Assembly (NCBI RefSeq): GCF_001194135.2
Contig: NC_068989.1
Location: forward strand, 85,323,202-85,387,201
Direction: 5' to 3'
DNA from: Octopus bimaculoides
Taxonomy: Eukaryota
Length of the DNA: 64,000 nucleotides
Shown piece after piece: positions 38,493-51,294 of this stretch. The translations under genes and the position numbers were made by a program. Below the pieces are notes generated by a model. The model did no database searches. It was not told where the DNA came from and worked only from the letters and a program-made list of their open reading frames with translations. How positions within the stretch are numbered: the stretch's first letter is position 1; every line of letters begins with the position of its first letter.

Positions 38493-38655
38493 AATAAGGT
38501 ACTCAGAGATCTGGATGGTTGTACATTTACAGATTTTTATTAATATGTCGCATGTTTTTGTGACATTAATAAAATTCAAAAACATGTGGCATATTAATAA
38601 AAATCTGTAAATGTACACCCATCCAGATCTTTGAGTACCTTATTTTTTCTAATAT
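38481..38655. repeat. Near-perfect palindrome, 80-bp arms, 16-nt loop, TA-flanked
   Basis: tatattagaaaaaataaggtactcagagatctggatgg...catgtttttg / caaaaacatg...ccatccagatctttgagtaccttattttttctaatata. Confidence 0.92.
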
Positions 38656-39513
38656 ATAATACTTGTACATAACCTCCAAACCTTCTAATATATATATATA
38701 TATATATTTCGGTTTCCAATGACTTAGAAGAAAGAAGTCAAAGAGGCATGGATAAAACAAAATTTAATTTTTAGTCTAATAATTATAGATTACACACACA
38801 CACACACTCATGTTTAATCTATAATCATTAATCCTATAGGATATCCTTTTCTGTTAGTGTTACTCTTGCACAAATCTTGTCTTAATGCTATCTTGTAGCT
38901 GAAAGGCCTTTATATGTATGCATGTATATATATATATATATATATATATAAACAGTGCTGGTGACACGTAAAAGCACCCACTACATTCTTGGAGTGGTTG
39001 GCATTAGGAAGGGCATCCAGTCATAGGAACTAAGCCAAATCAAACTGGAGCCTTGGTACAGCTCTCTGATTTACCAGTTCCACTCAAACCTAACCCGTGC
39101 CTGCATGGAAAACGAATGGTGGATGAGGATGAGGCTGATGATGATCGACTACCTGTGTCGTTTTTTCCCTTATGTCTTGTCCATATTTTGTGGAGAGAGG
39201 TTAGTTGATTCCACCACTCCCAGGACTTGGCTTAAAAGGATGAAAGCGATGTCAGCCTTTTTGGAATTTGATCACAAAATATAGACGGATGAAATGCCAC
39301 TAAGGATTTCGTCCAGCATGCTGATGGTTCTGCCAGCGCACCACTCTTAACCTGTTACTCTTAATAATGATTACTAATGCTGCTACAGAATTTTATAAAT
39401 CTCTTGTAAGGGGGAAAAAAAGGACAGAACATAAAGGGAAGTAACTACACACTGAGTCCAGCACTCTTCTCTCTCTGTGCCACCCTGTAATATTATGGTA
39501 TTTTTATTAACAG

Positions 39514-39580
39514 TTATATGGAGGGAGCAGTAGCCGGTTCTCCACTCTGGACATCAACACCAAAGGACACTTTCAAGAAG
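39514..39580 (+). CDS. RBM45: RBM45 small exon
   Basis: ttattaacag|(S)YMEGAVAGSPLWTSTPKDTFKK|gtcagt. Phase 2 to 0 exactly bridges the flanking exons. Confidence 0.75.
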
Positions 39581-40352
39581 GTCAGTTGTAACATCTCTCT
39601 TTATATTCACGTTTGTGTGTGTAGACATTCACAATTTATTATCTTAGTAGGTTTGGTTGTTGGACAGAGGCCATGCTGGGACACTCCGTCCTGGGACACT
39701 CCATCCTGAAAGGAATTGGCCATCATATTAGCCTCTCAGTACTTATCATCAATCATTAGGGTTTTCACATGGACACAACTTGCCACTGGTTTACTGTGCT
39801 AAACATAAGCACAAACCTGCACATATATACACACATTTGCTACATACATACATATATACATACATAGGCACTCTGTCGGTCATGATGACAAGTGTTGCAG
39901 GTGATCAAATCAATGGAACAGCCTTCTTGTGAAATTAATGTGCAAGTGGCTGAGCGCTCTACAGACATGCGTACCCTTAACATAGTTCTCAGGGAGATTC
40001 TGTGTGACACAGAATGTGACAAAGCTGACCCTTTGAAATACGGGTACTACTCATCTTTGCCAGCTGAGTGGACTGGAGCAATGTGAAATAAAGTGTCTTG
40101 CTCAAGGACTTTATGCACTTCTGGGTAGTGAACCAATGACCCTCTGATTGTGAGCTGAAATATCCTAACCACTAAATCATATGTCCTCTCTCTCTCTCTC
40201 TCTCAGCAAAATTCCACTTGCAAAGTATTGGTCAATCCAAAGGCCAGAGTAGACACTTGCTCAATGTTGAACAGAGTGGGGTTGAACCCAGAGCTGTCTA
40301 GTTGTGAAGCAGACCTTAATCATACAGCCAATACCTGAGCCTATTTACACAT

Positions 40353-40392
<40 letters not shown>

Positions 40393-40989
40393 CTACAGTG
40401 TGCCTTTCACTGGTGTTCTTCCAATCTTTTGTTCTTCTCTGCCACTCTTTAACTGTATAAGACTGGGCCAACCCGATCTGCCCACTATTTTTGCTCTCAA
40501 CAAACAAAACTGATCTCTTTAATTATGCTTTTCTTTGCTTAGGAAGATTCAAACACTTTTTGCTTTTTACTTCGAAACTGTCAGTAATAATACATTTTTC
40601 TTCTTTTCATATTTTGTAAAAAAAAAACAAAGAAAAACAAAAAAAAAAAGGATCCATTGTGTTTTGACATATAACATCAACAGGCTCTATCTATCCCAAC
40701 GGCATAACCCTTTAGCATTTAAAGTGGCCATATCCAGCCCACATATTCTACCCGTTTTCTGTTCAAGCAGACCAGATCTGGCCTCTCGCACCTACACTAC
40801 AATGTCATTCTAAGGACAAACAATCATTGAAATCTCAAAGCTATGAGATAAGCCATGATTAATGCAAAACGATGTGAATGTATCCATACTAAATTTGTCA
40901 TGGTAATCTGAACGTTAAAGGATTAATATAATTATTATCCTGCCTAATTTCTCTTGACATATCCATTGATGGATTATTCTCTCTTTCAG

Positions 40990-41230
40990 GCTGCAATGGT
41001 TTTGGAGAAAGCTGGCATCAGCCCTGATCGTATTTTAGCAAAGGAGCCAGTTTTAGAGCGTGTCCGTTACTCTAACATTAGTCTGCCTCGTACGCAACCG
41101 TTACGATCTGAAGACACACCCGTCAGTCAACGTCTGTTTATAGTCTGTCAGCCTTCTGCTGTCCCAGAACTGATCCTGCGTGACTGTTTCTGTCGATTTG
41201 GGGACCTCATTGATGTCTATTTGTTATCAG
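40990..41230 (+). CDS. RBM45: RBM45 exon (C-terminal RRM, N-part)
   Basis: ctctttcag|AAMVLEKAG...PVSQRLFIVCQPSAVPELILRDCFCRFGDLIDVYLLS-G|gtaaga, comparable to human ERLFIVFNP...FCRFGNLIEVYLVSG. Confidence 0.95.
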
Positions 41231-42592
41231 GTAAGAGAAACCTTTTTCAGTTATTCATAAATTGTGATCTAGGGCAGTGAACAGGTGAAATCATGAGAGT
41301 TCAAGAAAATGCTAGTTTTTAGTTACGATTGTTCACAATGTGCTGAATATTCCAATGTGCTGAGGTTAACATTGCTTCTCGTCCATTGATTTTTGTTATT
41401 CATATGTACCAGTTGAAGATAAATATTATTTCTAAGTTACTTGGTAACCTCACTAGTTCTGGTACATCATCATCATCATTATTTAACGTCTGCTTTCCAT
41501 GCTGGTGTGGTGGCAAGCTAGAAGGCTGCACCAGGCTACAGTCTGATCTGGTAAGGTTTCTACAGCTGGATGCCCTTCCTAACGCCAACTACTCCAAGAG
41601 TGTAGTGGGTGCTTTTTATGTTCCACCAGCATGGGGGCCAGTCAGGCGGGCCTGGCATCGACCACACTCGAATGGTGCCTTCTACATACCAGTTAGATGG
41701 CACTGGCCTCGGCCACAACTACAGTTGTGCTTGACACACACATATATTGTAGGTGTCTAAATGAAGACTTGTTGTTAAACAGTCACTTAACATTATAATA
41801 CAAACATGAATTAAAAATATGTTTATTGTACTGCTACTACAGTTATCTCTTCTATGAACTAATTATACACCAGAAGTGGGGAAACCCTGCCTGCAAGCCC
41901 ATTCTGTTTTGCCCACAGGCTGGTATACTTGTATGTACAAAATATAGTAAATTTTCAATTACAAAATTTATACAATATTCCTACGCCTATTTGTGACATA
42001 GGTCGCGTTTCCACAACGACTTAAAATGGTTAGACTCGAACAGAAACTTGACTGGTAGTTGCCATTTGAATGGAAATTTTGTTTTCACTATAAAACCCAT
42101 ATTGCTAGGTTTGTACCACCCCCTTGAGACCCAACGACACTCTAGCTGAAAAATATAGAATACCTCACAAGTAATATAAACGTCCTTAATTCAGTGGCGG
42201 CGTTAATGAAGATGTTGCGTGTTAATTTAATGTCTTAAACTTATCTTTATTAATGTATATCGATATATAATATATATAATATTAATGTATATCGATATAT
42301 AATATCTTTATTAATGTATATCGAATTTATACATGGATATATACAAGATTAACACAAATATAAGAGTTAGAATTTGTGGTCTGCTCATGTTCCTTTTTCT
42401 TTGTAAATTTTTGCTTGCCGCACTGAAAGGTTTTCCCACCCCAGTTATACACCCTCCTTGCAAGTTTTTCCTCATTCCCAGAATTCACATGAAGCACTTC
42501 ACACATCTTTCCTCCCTATAACTACGGCCTACTGAAATTTCCTTCCTGTTTTTTTTTTTGTTTTCTTTTTCCTCTTTTTTTTTTTTTTCTAG

Positions 42593-42768
42593 GCCGTAAC
42601 TATGGTTACGCAAAATTTGCCTGCAAAGAAGCTGCTGGTCGAGCCATGCACACTCTCCACGGACAGAGTATTGCAGGACAACGCCTGAAAGTCCTGGAAG
42701 CTGAACCACCCAAAGGAGTCCCACCGACCAGTGAAGATGATGGACCATCGAAAAAGCAGAGACTTTAA
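42593..42768 (+). CDS. RBM45: RBM45 last coding exon (C-terminal RRM end and NLS)
   Basis: Long pyrimidine tract ag|(G)RNYGYAKFACKEAAGRAMHTLHGQSIAGQRLKVLEAEPP...PSKKQRL*. The basic tail resembles human KRQRTY. The visible exons total 1332 nt (443 aa plus stop). Confidence 0.95.
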
Positions 42769-42950
42769 GGATAATAAGCAAATGTATGCAAGTATTTGAG
42801 CCTTCTTTTCATCTTCTTTTCCCTCTTCTGAAGATGTATGCTTGTCGTGTGTGTGTGTGTGTGTGTGTATGCATACCTGTGCACGATTTTATTGGAACAT
42901 GGCTATTGCTATATTCCTCAATTAATAATGCCATATCTCTCGTTATGTTC

Positions 42951-42984
<34 letters not shown>

Positions 42985-43717
42985 TCATCATTTCCTTTAA
43001 ACCTAAAACCGCCATGTCTGCTATTGCAGGCTGGAGTTGCCAAATACCAACAACATTTTGTTGATTTCCCACAGTTGACAACTAAGGAATTAATGGTTTG
43101 TGTGTTAACGAGGATATATTTTAACGAGCTAATCTCTCAAACACATATCACTGCAATGGTGTATGAACGGGCTGTCAGGTCTAACGTTTGATGAAATCTT
43201 TTACATGGTATATAAAGCTAACCCCATCAGAAACGAGTGGTTTATTGAAAGGTCAGTTTTGTATATGGGCTAATTTCTTATTGGTGTTATTATACAGAAA
43301 CATCAGCCAGGTATATGGGCTAATTTCTTGCTGATATTTTTTGGAAAAGCCAGTCTGGTATGTTGGCTAACTTTGTGTTTGTATCAGTCTTAATATAAAT
43401 TTTTACACTAATTTAGTCTAATTTCTTTCAGTTGTGTGTCACTTTTTTAACAACATAGTGCTATGGTTGTAGAATCTAGACACTGTTTTCATATTACCTA
43501 TTGTGTATGTCACGTTTGTTTTCTTTCCTAATTTTTAAGTTGATAATCTGGCTGAGGCTAAGGCCCTGACCCCTAACCTGTGTCCTACAATCTAATGCCT
43601 CCACTCTAGACATGTGTCTTGCAGAAGCTCTGCTCACTCCTATTTATTTAACTAGACATTAAACAAAATAGCTTTACCACTCCTATAGGCCATTTGTATA
43701 GTTTGATTGCTTTACTT

Positions 43718-43979
43718 TGACTGTCTCACCTAAACTAATTGTCTTATCATCTATCTTACCTGAACTGATTGCCTTACCAATTCTCACTTGACTAATTGTC
43801 AAATCATGTCTCACTTGGACCGACTGCCTTACCCGATTGTCTCACTCGGACTGATTGCCTTACCCAATTGTCTCACTTGGACTGATTGCGTTACCTGACT
43901 GTCTCACCTGAACTGATTGCCTTACTTGGCTGTCTCACCTGGATTGATTGCCTTACCTGACTGTCTTACTTTGACTGCC
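43718..43979 (+). repeat. Degenerate ~31-bp tandem array (about 8 units, made of 17+14 subunits)
   Basis: Consensus tggactgattgccttacc-tgactgtctcact, e.g. cggactgattgccttacccaattgtctcact and tggactgattgcgttacctgactgtctcacc. Confidence 0.9.
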
Positions 43980-43985
43980 AATAAA
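43980..43985 (+). terminator. Candidate poly(A) signal for RBM45
   Basis: AATAAA directly after the array, followed by a pyrimidine-rich tract, about 1.2 kb past the stop. There is no transcript evidence. Confidence 0.4.
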
Positions 43986-46900
43986 GACAGTATTTTCCCT
44001 CTCTCTCTCTCTCTCTCAATGGCCCTATCTTTCAAGGCCATACCTTCTACTTCACTGTAATGTCTGCTGTCACAATCATCCTTTGCTTTCACTTTAGTAT
44101 TCAGAGGTTAATGTAGGAAGTAGAGGAGGAGGCCATCCATCCTTTCGTCCGTCTGTTTTATCACCCATCCTTCCACAAAACCATTTGTTCCAAGAAATAA
44201 GCCATCAGACAAAAATAGATATGAAGGTTACATAAAGGTCTCCAAATCCCTGGTGTGTTCTTCTTGTTGAAGACCTCCTACTCAGAGCCAGTGTAACACA
44301 CCCAATTGTTAAGGAGTTCACTTCACAACTAGATGATTTGGGGTTCTATTCCACTGAATGGCACCTTGGGCAAGTGTCTTTTACTATAATCTTGGCTCCA
44401 CTAATAACTTGTTAGTGGAATTTCGCAAGTGAAAACTGTGTGGAAGCTTGTCAGAGAAACACTTCATGTTCTTGGGTGATAGACTCTGTCTGTCACTGTA
44501 TTTAACACAATCACTGGCCTTTGTGTCTCTTCAATAGAGTCCAGTCTCTTTCTAGTATTTGAGTCAGGTATCTGGTTATGAGAATAACTGCCCTTCTTCC
44601 TGCTAATCTGGAAGGTTCTGAAAAGGGTCAAGAGCACTGTGCTTTCTTGTCTAAGCTATTAAAATAAAGCAGTGAAAGTGGTAGTCATAGTCTCTGTCTC
44701 TCTCTCTTACAGTGGTAATGGCCTCTGTTGCTATTTCTGATTCAGCCGACAAAGTCTGCTATACGGAAAAAAAAAAGTAAAATACAACCAAATCTTTCTC
44801 AATTTACACTTTTGTCCTAAGTCTACTATGTTTGAATAAATGATGAGATAAAACCTCTTTGACGATCATAGGATTGGTTAATTAGGGCCAGATGGGGCAG
44901 GAGGGTTTTCGACAGTAAGAAAGGACACTTTGGATAATGTTCAAATGAAAAGTGATATGGTCACAGCTAGAATGTCTTGATTACAGTTCTGCTGGATTAG
45001 GACTTACTGAGGGTTAAAAAAAACAACTTAACTGAATTGTATTAGTACCTTTTGTATGCTGTGTATCTGTTTGTCTGTCTTTCTCTCTCATTAACAGTAA
45101 TGACAACAACAAGTGTTTTTATCGAGTGCAACAACTGTGCCTGTTGTATTTATTTGCATGTGAACATTTTTTCGTTTTGCAGCCAGCTAATTCCTTGTAA
45201 GTTTTGGAAACTTGGCCCAAGGTGGAAGTAAATAAAAGAACTACTAACAATGAGTTCTTCTACCTTCCTACCTTTCACCTCAGACACTAACGAACCAATA
45301 TCTCTCTTTTATCACAATTCCACATCTTATCCTTTTCTTTTTATTTTTTTAAGTCCTATTTTGGTATATTTTTTGTTGCTATTTTTTTCCCTTTCGTTTT
45401 ATTTATTTCTTTGGTTTTAGAGCAAAAAAAAAAAAAAAAAAGACATGACAACTACCGAAAAGAAATCAATTTTAGAGAAATTAATTATTATTATCAATTA
45501 TTTATTTTCATTTCAAATCCTGATTTGTTACCTTGCTTCTATTTCCAGACCTGTTTGCAGGTGGCCTCATTGGTTTCCACTTGTTACGATGACAACCTTC
45601 CTTCTGACACACCTTTCCCACGACGACGACAACAACAACACCAACAACTACTATAACTATTCATACTACATCTACTACTACTACTACTACTACTGCTATT
45701 ATTACTACTACTACTACTGCTACTGCTACTTCAACAGACTTGACGATAACTGCTACGACACACCTGAGCCAGCTGTAAATCTTCAGAATCGACTTAAAAA
45801 AAACCAAAGCCTGAGTAAGCCGCTTGCGTGCGAGTATTCCGTGTGTGTGTGTGTGTATGTGTCACTGTGCGAGTGTGTATGTTGGTGTGTGTGATTTTGT
45901 GTGTGTGTATGTGTGTGAACATGGGTACATGTGGTTTTATATGCATGTGTATCAAAATGCGGTTGTGTGTGTGTGTGTGTGTGTGTGTGTGTCGTAAAAC
46001 TGTGTTTTTACAATTAGCATTTTGAAAACTTCAAAAGATTTTGGAAATGTGCGGCATGAAAAAAAAAAATGCGAGAAACAGATTTGAAGAGAAATGGTGA
46101 AAAAAAAAAAAAAAAAGACTATAGAAACTGTATGCAGAGAAGTGGACAATGTCAAACTGACCATCTCTCTCACTGATTGGAATACAACTGGTCAGTGTAA
46201 TGACAGTGACATCACTTACACAACAGCTGACCACCTGAGTACATGGAAAAACCCTCTTATAGCAACAACAACTACTACTACTACTACTACTACGATTTAC
46301 TACTACCGTTACTACTTTTACTACCTTAACTACTGAAACATTTAGTGGTCTATGATTGGAGTTTTTAATTTACAAACGAGGAAAAGGTAATTTAACCCAT
46401 TAGCATTGAGATTGCTCTGTCAAATGTTCTGCTTATTTATTCACAATGTTTTTAATTAATCATGCATTATCTAATGGCTTTGAGATTTTGATGATGTGAT
46501 TGTTTATTTTTAGAACGACCTTGCAGGGTAGGTACGAGAGGCCAGACCTGGCCTGTTTGAGCATAAAACAGGTAGAATATTTTGGCTCGATACGGCTGGT
46601 TTAAATGCTAAAGGGTTAAATTTTCAAAGTAGATATAAAATTATAAAACTTAAAAATTATATATATATGTATATATACATTTTTATTTTCCCGGCGTACT
46701 TCTCGGGGGGGTGGGGAACCAAATGGCACAAGTGAGAGAAGGAATGTGCGAAGGTCCAAACTAAAAATCCTGACAGTCTTAGCAACGAACTGAGACGGAA
46801 AACTAGTCCCAATTCAACCTACATTTCTTTACAGCTGACATGTTTGTGTGACTTAATAAAACATCTATTACACACCTCATGGGTGGTGGGGCATGGGAAC

Positions 46901-47214
46901 TCTTTTTCTTTCTCTTCTTCTCATTCAGTCTGTTCTCCTTGGCTGCTCAATAGAAGTAGCAGTAATGATGATAATAATAACAACAACAATACTAAACATA
47001 ACAATAACAACAATAATAATTGCTTCTGATTTTGGCACAAGGCCAGCAATTTTTAAGGGAGAATCTGGTTGATTACATTGCTCCCAGTACTTGATTGTTA
47101 CCCTGTTTCATTGGCCCTAAAAGGGCGAAAGGCAAAATTGGCTTCAAAGTTTGAACTCAGAATATAAAGAGCAGAAACAAAGGCATTTTGTCTGGCATTG
47201 TAACAACAACAATG

Positions 47215-47250
<36 letters not shown>

Positions 47251-48886
47251 GCAATCATCATCATCATCATCATTTAATGGGCAATGTTCAATGCTCGAAT
47301 GGGTCATACAGAATTTCTTGAGGGAGATACTCTATAGCGGGATGCCCTTCCTGTTGCCAACCCCCACCTGTTTCCAGGCAAAGTAATATTTTTCCTTGGA
47401 GGACTGGAAACGAACAACATCCTTTGTATGAGAGTGATACTCATTTACAACCATCATGTGATGTCAAGACAAGGATCCACAAACACATACATATAAATAA
47501 AGCAGGCTTCTTCTAGTTTCCATCTACCAGGAACTGTAATGGTTTATTGACAGAAGGTTGTAAATTTTTCCCATATCGAAGTTTGATAAGCTGAAAATAG
47601 CTTGCAGTTAGAAGCTGGGGTTGCCATGTATGTGAATAAAAATCCAAAATTGGAGAATGGCGTAGATAAAAATCCAAGCTACATATGTTTCCTAGCTAGC
47701 AGAACCTCGGAAGTAGTAATTGCTAGCTACTCAGCAGGCTGAAAATAACTGAATCTGTTGGGACTGTGTTGTGTTTGGTTACATCCCTTCAGTTCTTGTT
47801 TAGAGCCATTTTGCTTTCCATCCTTCTGAGGTCAATAAAATACGTAGTATGGAGGTGGGGGAAGCATTGGTGTAATTGACTATACTTTAGAAGGTAGTAC
47901 TCCAGCATGGCCACAATCTAGTCATTAGGATGAAACCAGTCATATACATCTATATATATATATATATGAATATATGTAGATGATATCTTCTTCCTGTTAT
48001 GGAGGGAATTCTTCGGTGATGATGATGATGGTGGTGGTGGCAGCAGTAGTTCCACTTCACTGGACATTGGTTAGTTAAGGGAGACTGTCTCAGCAGCAGT
48101 GCAAAGACTTTGACTACATTTCAAGCCATTCCGACATGTATAATTCTCAAATTATTCTTTTTGCGTTCCTTTTTCTTCTACCCCTTCCCCCCTCTCTCGT
48201 TTAATTAGTTTTACTTTTTTGTGTTTTAATAATTTTAATTCATCACTTTCTGTCTGTGTGTCACAAAGTAGTGAATATGCTCATGTCTGGGGTTATTTTT
48301 CAAGTGAGATAAATTTTGTTTAGTCCTCAATTAAGTGAAGCTTTTTAAATGTTGAAATTTCTAATGTGCATGCATGTGTGTGTGTGTGTAAGATTAAGTT
48401 TCAAATTTTACCATAACCATTCTTTATTTGCTAAACAAGCTTTCACTCCTATTCTGTGGTTGAATTGTTTTCTGCAAAAAAATACTAACAAGAACAAAAA
48501 TCTGTCACAACTAAAGCTACTACTCTATATACATGTGTGTGTGTATGTTCACATGTATACACCATACGTGTGCTTTTTGACATTTATATATTAAAGTTAG
48601 TGAAAATAGCTATGTTCTTTGATGCTTAACATTTCATATAGCAAAAGTGGTTGAGTATGAAGAAAGAGGAAAAGGAGTATTCAGTAAAGAAGGTAGAGTA
48701 CTGTATTACATCTTCATGGAAGTTGATACTTCACAGATCATGGCTCTGAGTTTCGTATTTCCAGTCTTAGAGCAGTTTTGAAGACTGAAACATAAGACTT
48801 GTGTTTAAAAAAACGGTTGAAATAGAGATGTTTTAATACCTAGACAAACTTTGATTGGATAATATTTTTGGAACAAAAGGATTTTA

Positions 48887-49345
48887 TTAACCCTGTCAGA
48901 CCTGGGCCCGTGTGTGTCTAACTTTTCCCTCTACCTGGGCTCCTGAGCACAAAAATAAATAGTTGCATACACAGATCAAGAGTTATGATTGCAGGTAAAC
49001 TAATGGATGGGATCCCCCACCACCAAAAAGAAAAAAGTCAGGAGAATAACAATGATAGGCCTATCTCTCCACTACTGTATTTGTTCACCTGAATCACTAC
49101 TTTCCTCATCCCCTTTTATCAGTTTGATTGTCCAAATCACTATCATTGTCTGCGTAAGGGTAGACTTCTTGCTCATCTGAAGAATAAATATCATCAATAA
49201 TTTCATCAACTGTAAAAAGTCTAGGCCTTGCTCACTTCATCACACACTTCATCACAAAAATATACATTTTTTTCAATTAAATGCGAAAGTAGTCGGAGAT
49301 GCCATTAACAATGAGCCATAAACACACTTGACTATGAAGCTGCAA
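48887..49345. mobile_element. piggyBac-like non-autonomous fragment; second copy at about 52695-53760, interrupted by SINE-A
   Basis: ttaaccctgtcagacctggg...cctgagca.aaataaatagttg.atacac...caggtaaactaatg is shared by both copies. The minus strand encodes an acidic stretch (GDEESSDSGEQ). Confidence 0.5.
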
Positions 49346-50851
49346 TGAGACCAGTTGCCTAATTTTAATATTTAATCTTCTTTTTCTACTTGTGTTGTTC
49401 ATTTACCACTTGGGAAATGGTAGAGATTACGTTTCGGCTGTTTCCACTGCAGGATTACTTGACCATAGAACTGTTGTACAGAAAATAAGAAACAATTATA
49501 ATCAAACGGTTAGTGAGTTTGGGAGAAGAAAAGAAATTTTTTAAATTGCAAGAATGTAAAATACAAGACTGTGATTTAGGAAGAGGAAATAACATCAAAG
49601 ATGATTTTAAATGATGCTAAAAGTGTTTGGCATAGCAGCAACTGGAGGAGAGGACAAAAAATGGTAGCAAAAAGCCTGTCCAAAGAAGATTAATATAATA
49701 AATTATTAGGCGCAGGAGTGGCTGTGTGGTAAGTAGCTTGCTTACCAACCACATGGTTTTGGGTTCAGTCCCACTGCGTGGTACCCTGGGCAAGTGTCTT
49801 CTACTATAGCCTCGGGCCGACCAAAGCCTTATGAGTGGATTTGGTTGACAGAAACTGAAAGAAGCCCATCGTATATATATATGTATATGTTTGTGTGTCT
49901 GTGTTTGTCCCCCCAACATCGCTTGACAACCGATGCTGGTATGTTTATGTCCCCGTAACCTAGCGGTTTGGCAAGAGAGACTGATAGAATAAGTACTAGG
50001 CTTACAAAGAATAAGTCCTGAGGTTGATTTGCTCGACTAAAGGCGGTGCTCCAGCATGGCTGCAGTCAAATGACTGAAACAAATAAAATGAAAAAAAATT
50101 TTTTTAATACTGGAAGGAAAACTACAAAGTAGATATTGAGAACTGTGCCTACAGGAAGTAAGTAGTTCAGGTCTTTTATTTGATGTGAAATAAAATGAAA
50201 AGTTTCTTGCTTAGACACAACTTATTGGTTTGAACAATAAAAACTAAGGTAGGTGCAAATTGTTTCACATATCTTGTGATTTCTTGGATTATTTCCTTCT
50301 CCTTCCAACCAACAAATTCCATCTTGTCCTCCTTCCATTCCCTTTTATTATTTTTTTTTTGTACAATTAGCTCTTATTGCTCTGATGACATTATCCAATC
50401 GAAGTTAGTCTTGATGTTCAAACATTTAGAATCTCTTCTGTTTAACATTTAACCATGTCTTATATTCCAGTCTTCATTCTCACACAAAGATCAAAAGCAA
50501 GGAACTCAGTAGTTATGATTTGTGAAGTTTCAGCTTCCAATAATCACATTTATATATATAATATGATTGTATGTATACGTACATATAATGTGTGTGTGTG
50601 TGTGTATATAATTATATATATATATATGTGTGTGTGTGTATATAAATATGTAATATGAATGTGTGTGTATTTATATTTATATATATAATATGAATGTGTG
50701 TGTATATATATATGTAGATGCACATGCAATCAAAAACTTATTTTCAAATGGTTATTGTTCTCAGAATTAGTGGGTCTCAAACCATTTGAAATGAACTCAC
50801 AGCTGGTTAGGGTTAATAAAAGCTTCATCCAAAAGTGATCCCAATAAGCAG

Positions 50852-50888
<37 letters not shown>

Positions 50889-50994
50889 GTGTACAAGTTA
50901 ATTCAGGGGGGAAAAACTTATCCTCTTGTGGTATTTAAAGACAAAAAGTAAAATGTGTTAGTGTGTTCTTGGTGAAACCAGTCAAGCACTTCCA

Positions 50995-51128
50995 GCTGTT
51001 TGTTGGCCAAGTTAGCCCTGTAGTTTCACCTCTCCATTGGTCAAGCTAGCTTTATAGTTCCAGGTGTTTGTTGGTCAAGCTAGCCATGTGGTTCCTATTG
51101 TTGTTTGTCAAGCTGGTCATGTAGTTCT
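50995..51128. repeat. Four-unit array with ~34-bp period (25-bp conserved core plus 8-9 bp variable spacer)
   Basis: Units TTGGTCAAGCTAGCCATGTAGTTCC-like at 51003, 51037, 51071 and 51104. Confidence 0.8.
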
Positions 51129-51141
51129 TGTTCACATAAGA

Positions 51142-51155
51142 GTTTCCATGGAAAC
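51142..51155. promoter_or_regulatory. Perfect palindromic RFX X-box
   Basis: GTTTCCATGGAAAC fits the X-box consensus GTHNYY-AT-RRNAAC. Function is untested. Confidence 0.45.
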
Positions 51156-51294
51156 AATGTCGGGAATTCCGTGGTCTAGGCTTTTGACCTAGTGGTGTTT
51201 TATTGTATATATATTATTTACATCTTAAGAATTTAGAAACATTGAGACATAAATTCGTTTTTAACAGTGAAACTCAAAGAAAATAAAGCAATGA

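Noticed and set aside
45445-46336. Poly-Tyr, poly-Thr and VC-repeat ORFs
   Set aside because: Translations of (CTA)n, (CAA)n and (GT)n microsatellites with no domain signal.
48642-48692. Mini-exon-like AKVVEYEERGKGVFSKE resembling a SET-domain start
   Set aside because: Only 17 codons, a weak donor, and no further SET exons (NHSC, ELxxDY) found. Treated as chance unless RNA-seq shows splicing.
50995-51128. CRISPR-like repeat-spacer array
   Set aside because: Spacers are only 8-9 bp, the repeats are degenerate, the context is eukaryotic and there are no cas genes. It is a minisatellite-type array.
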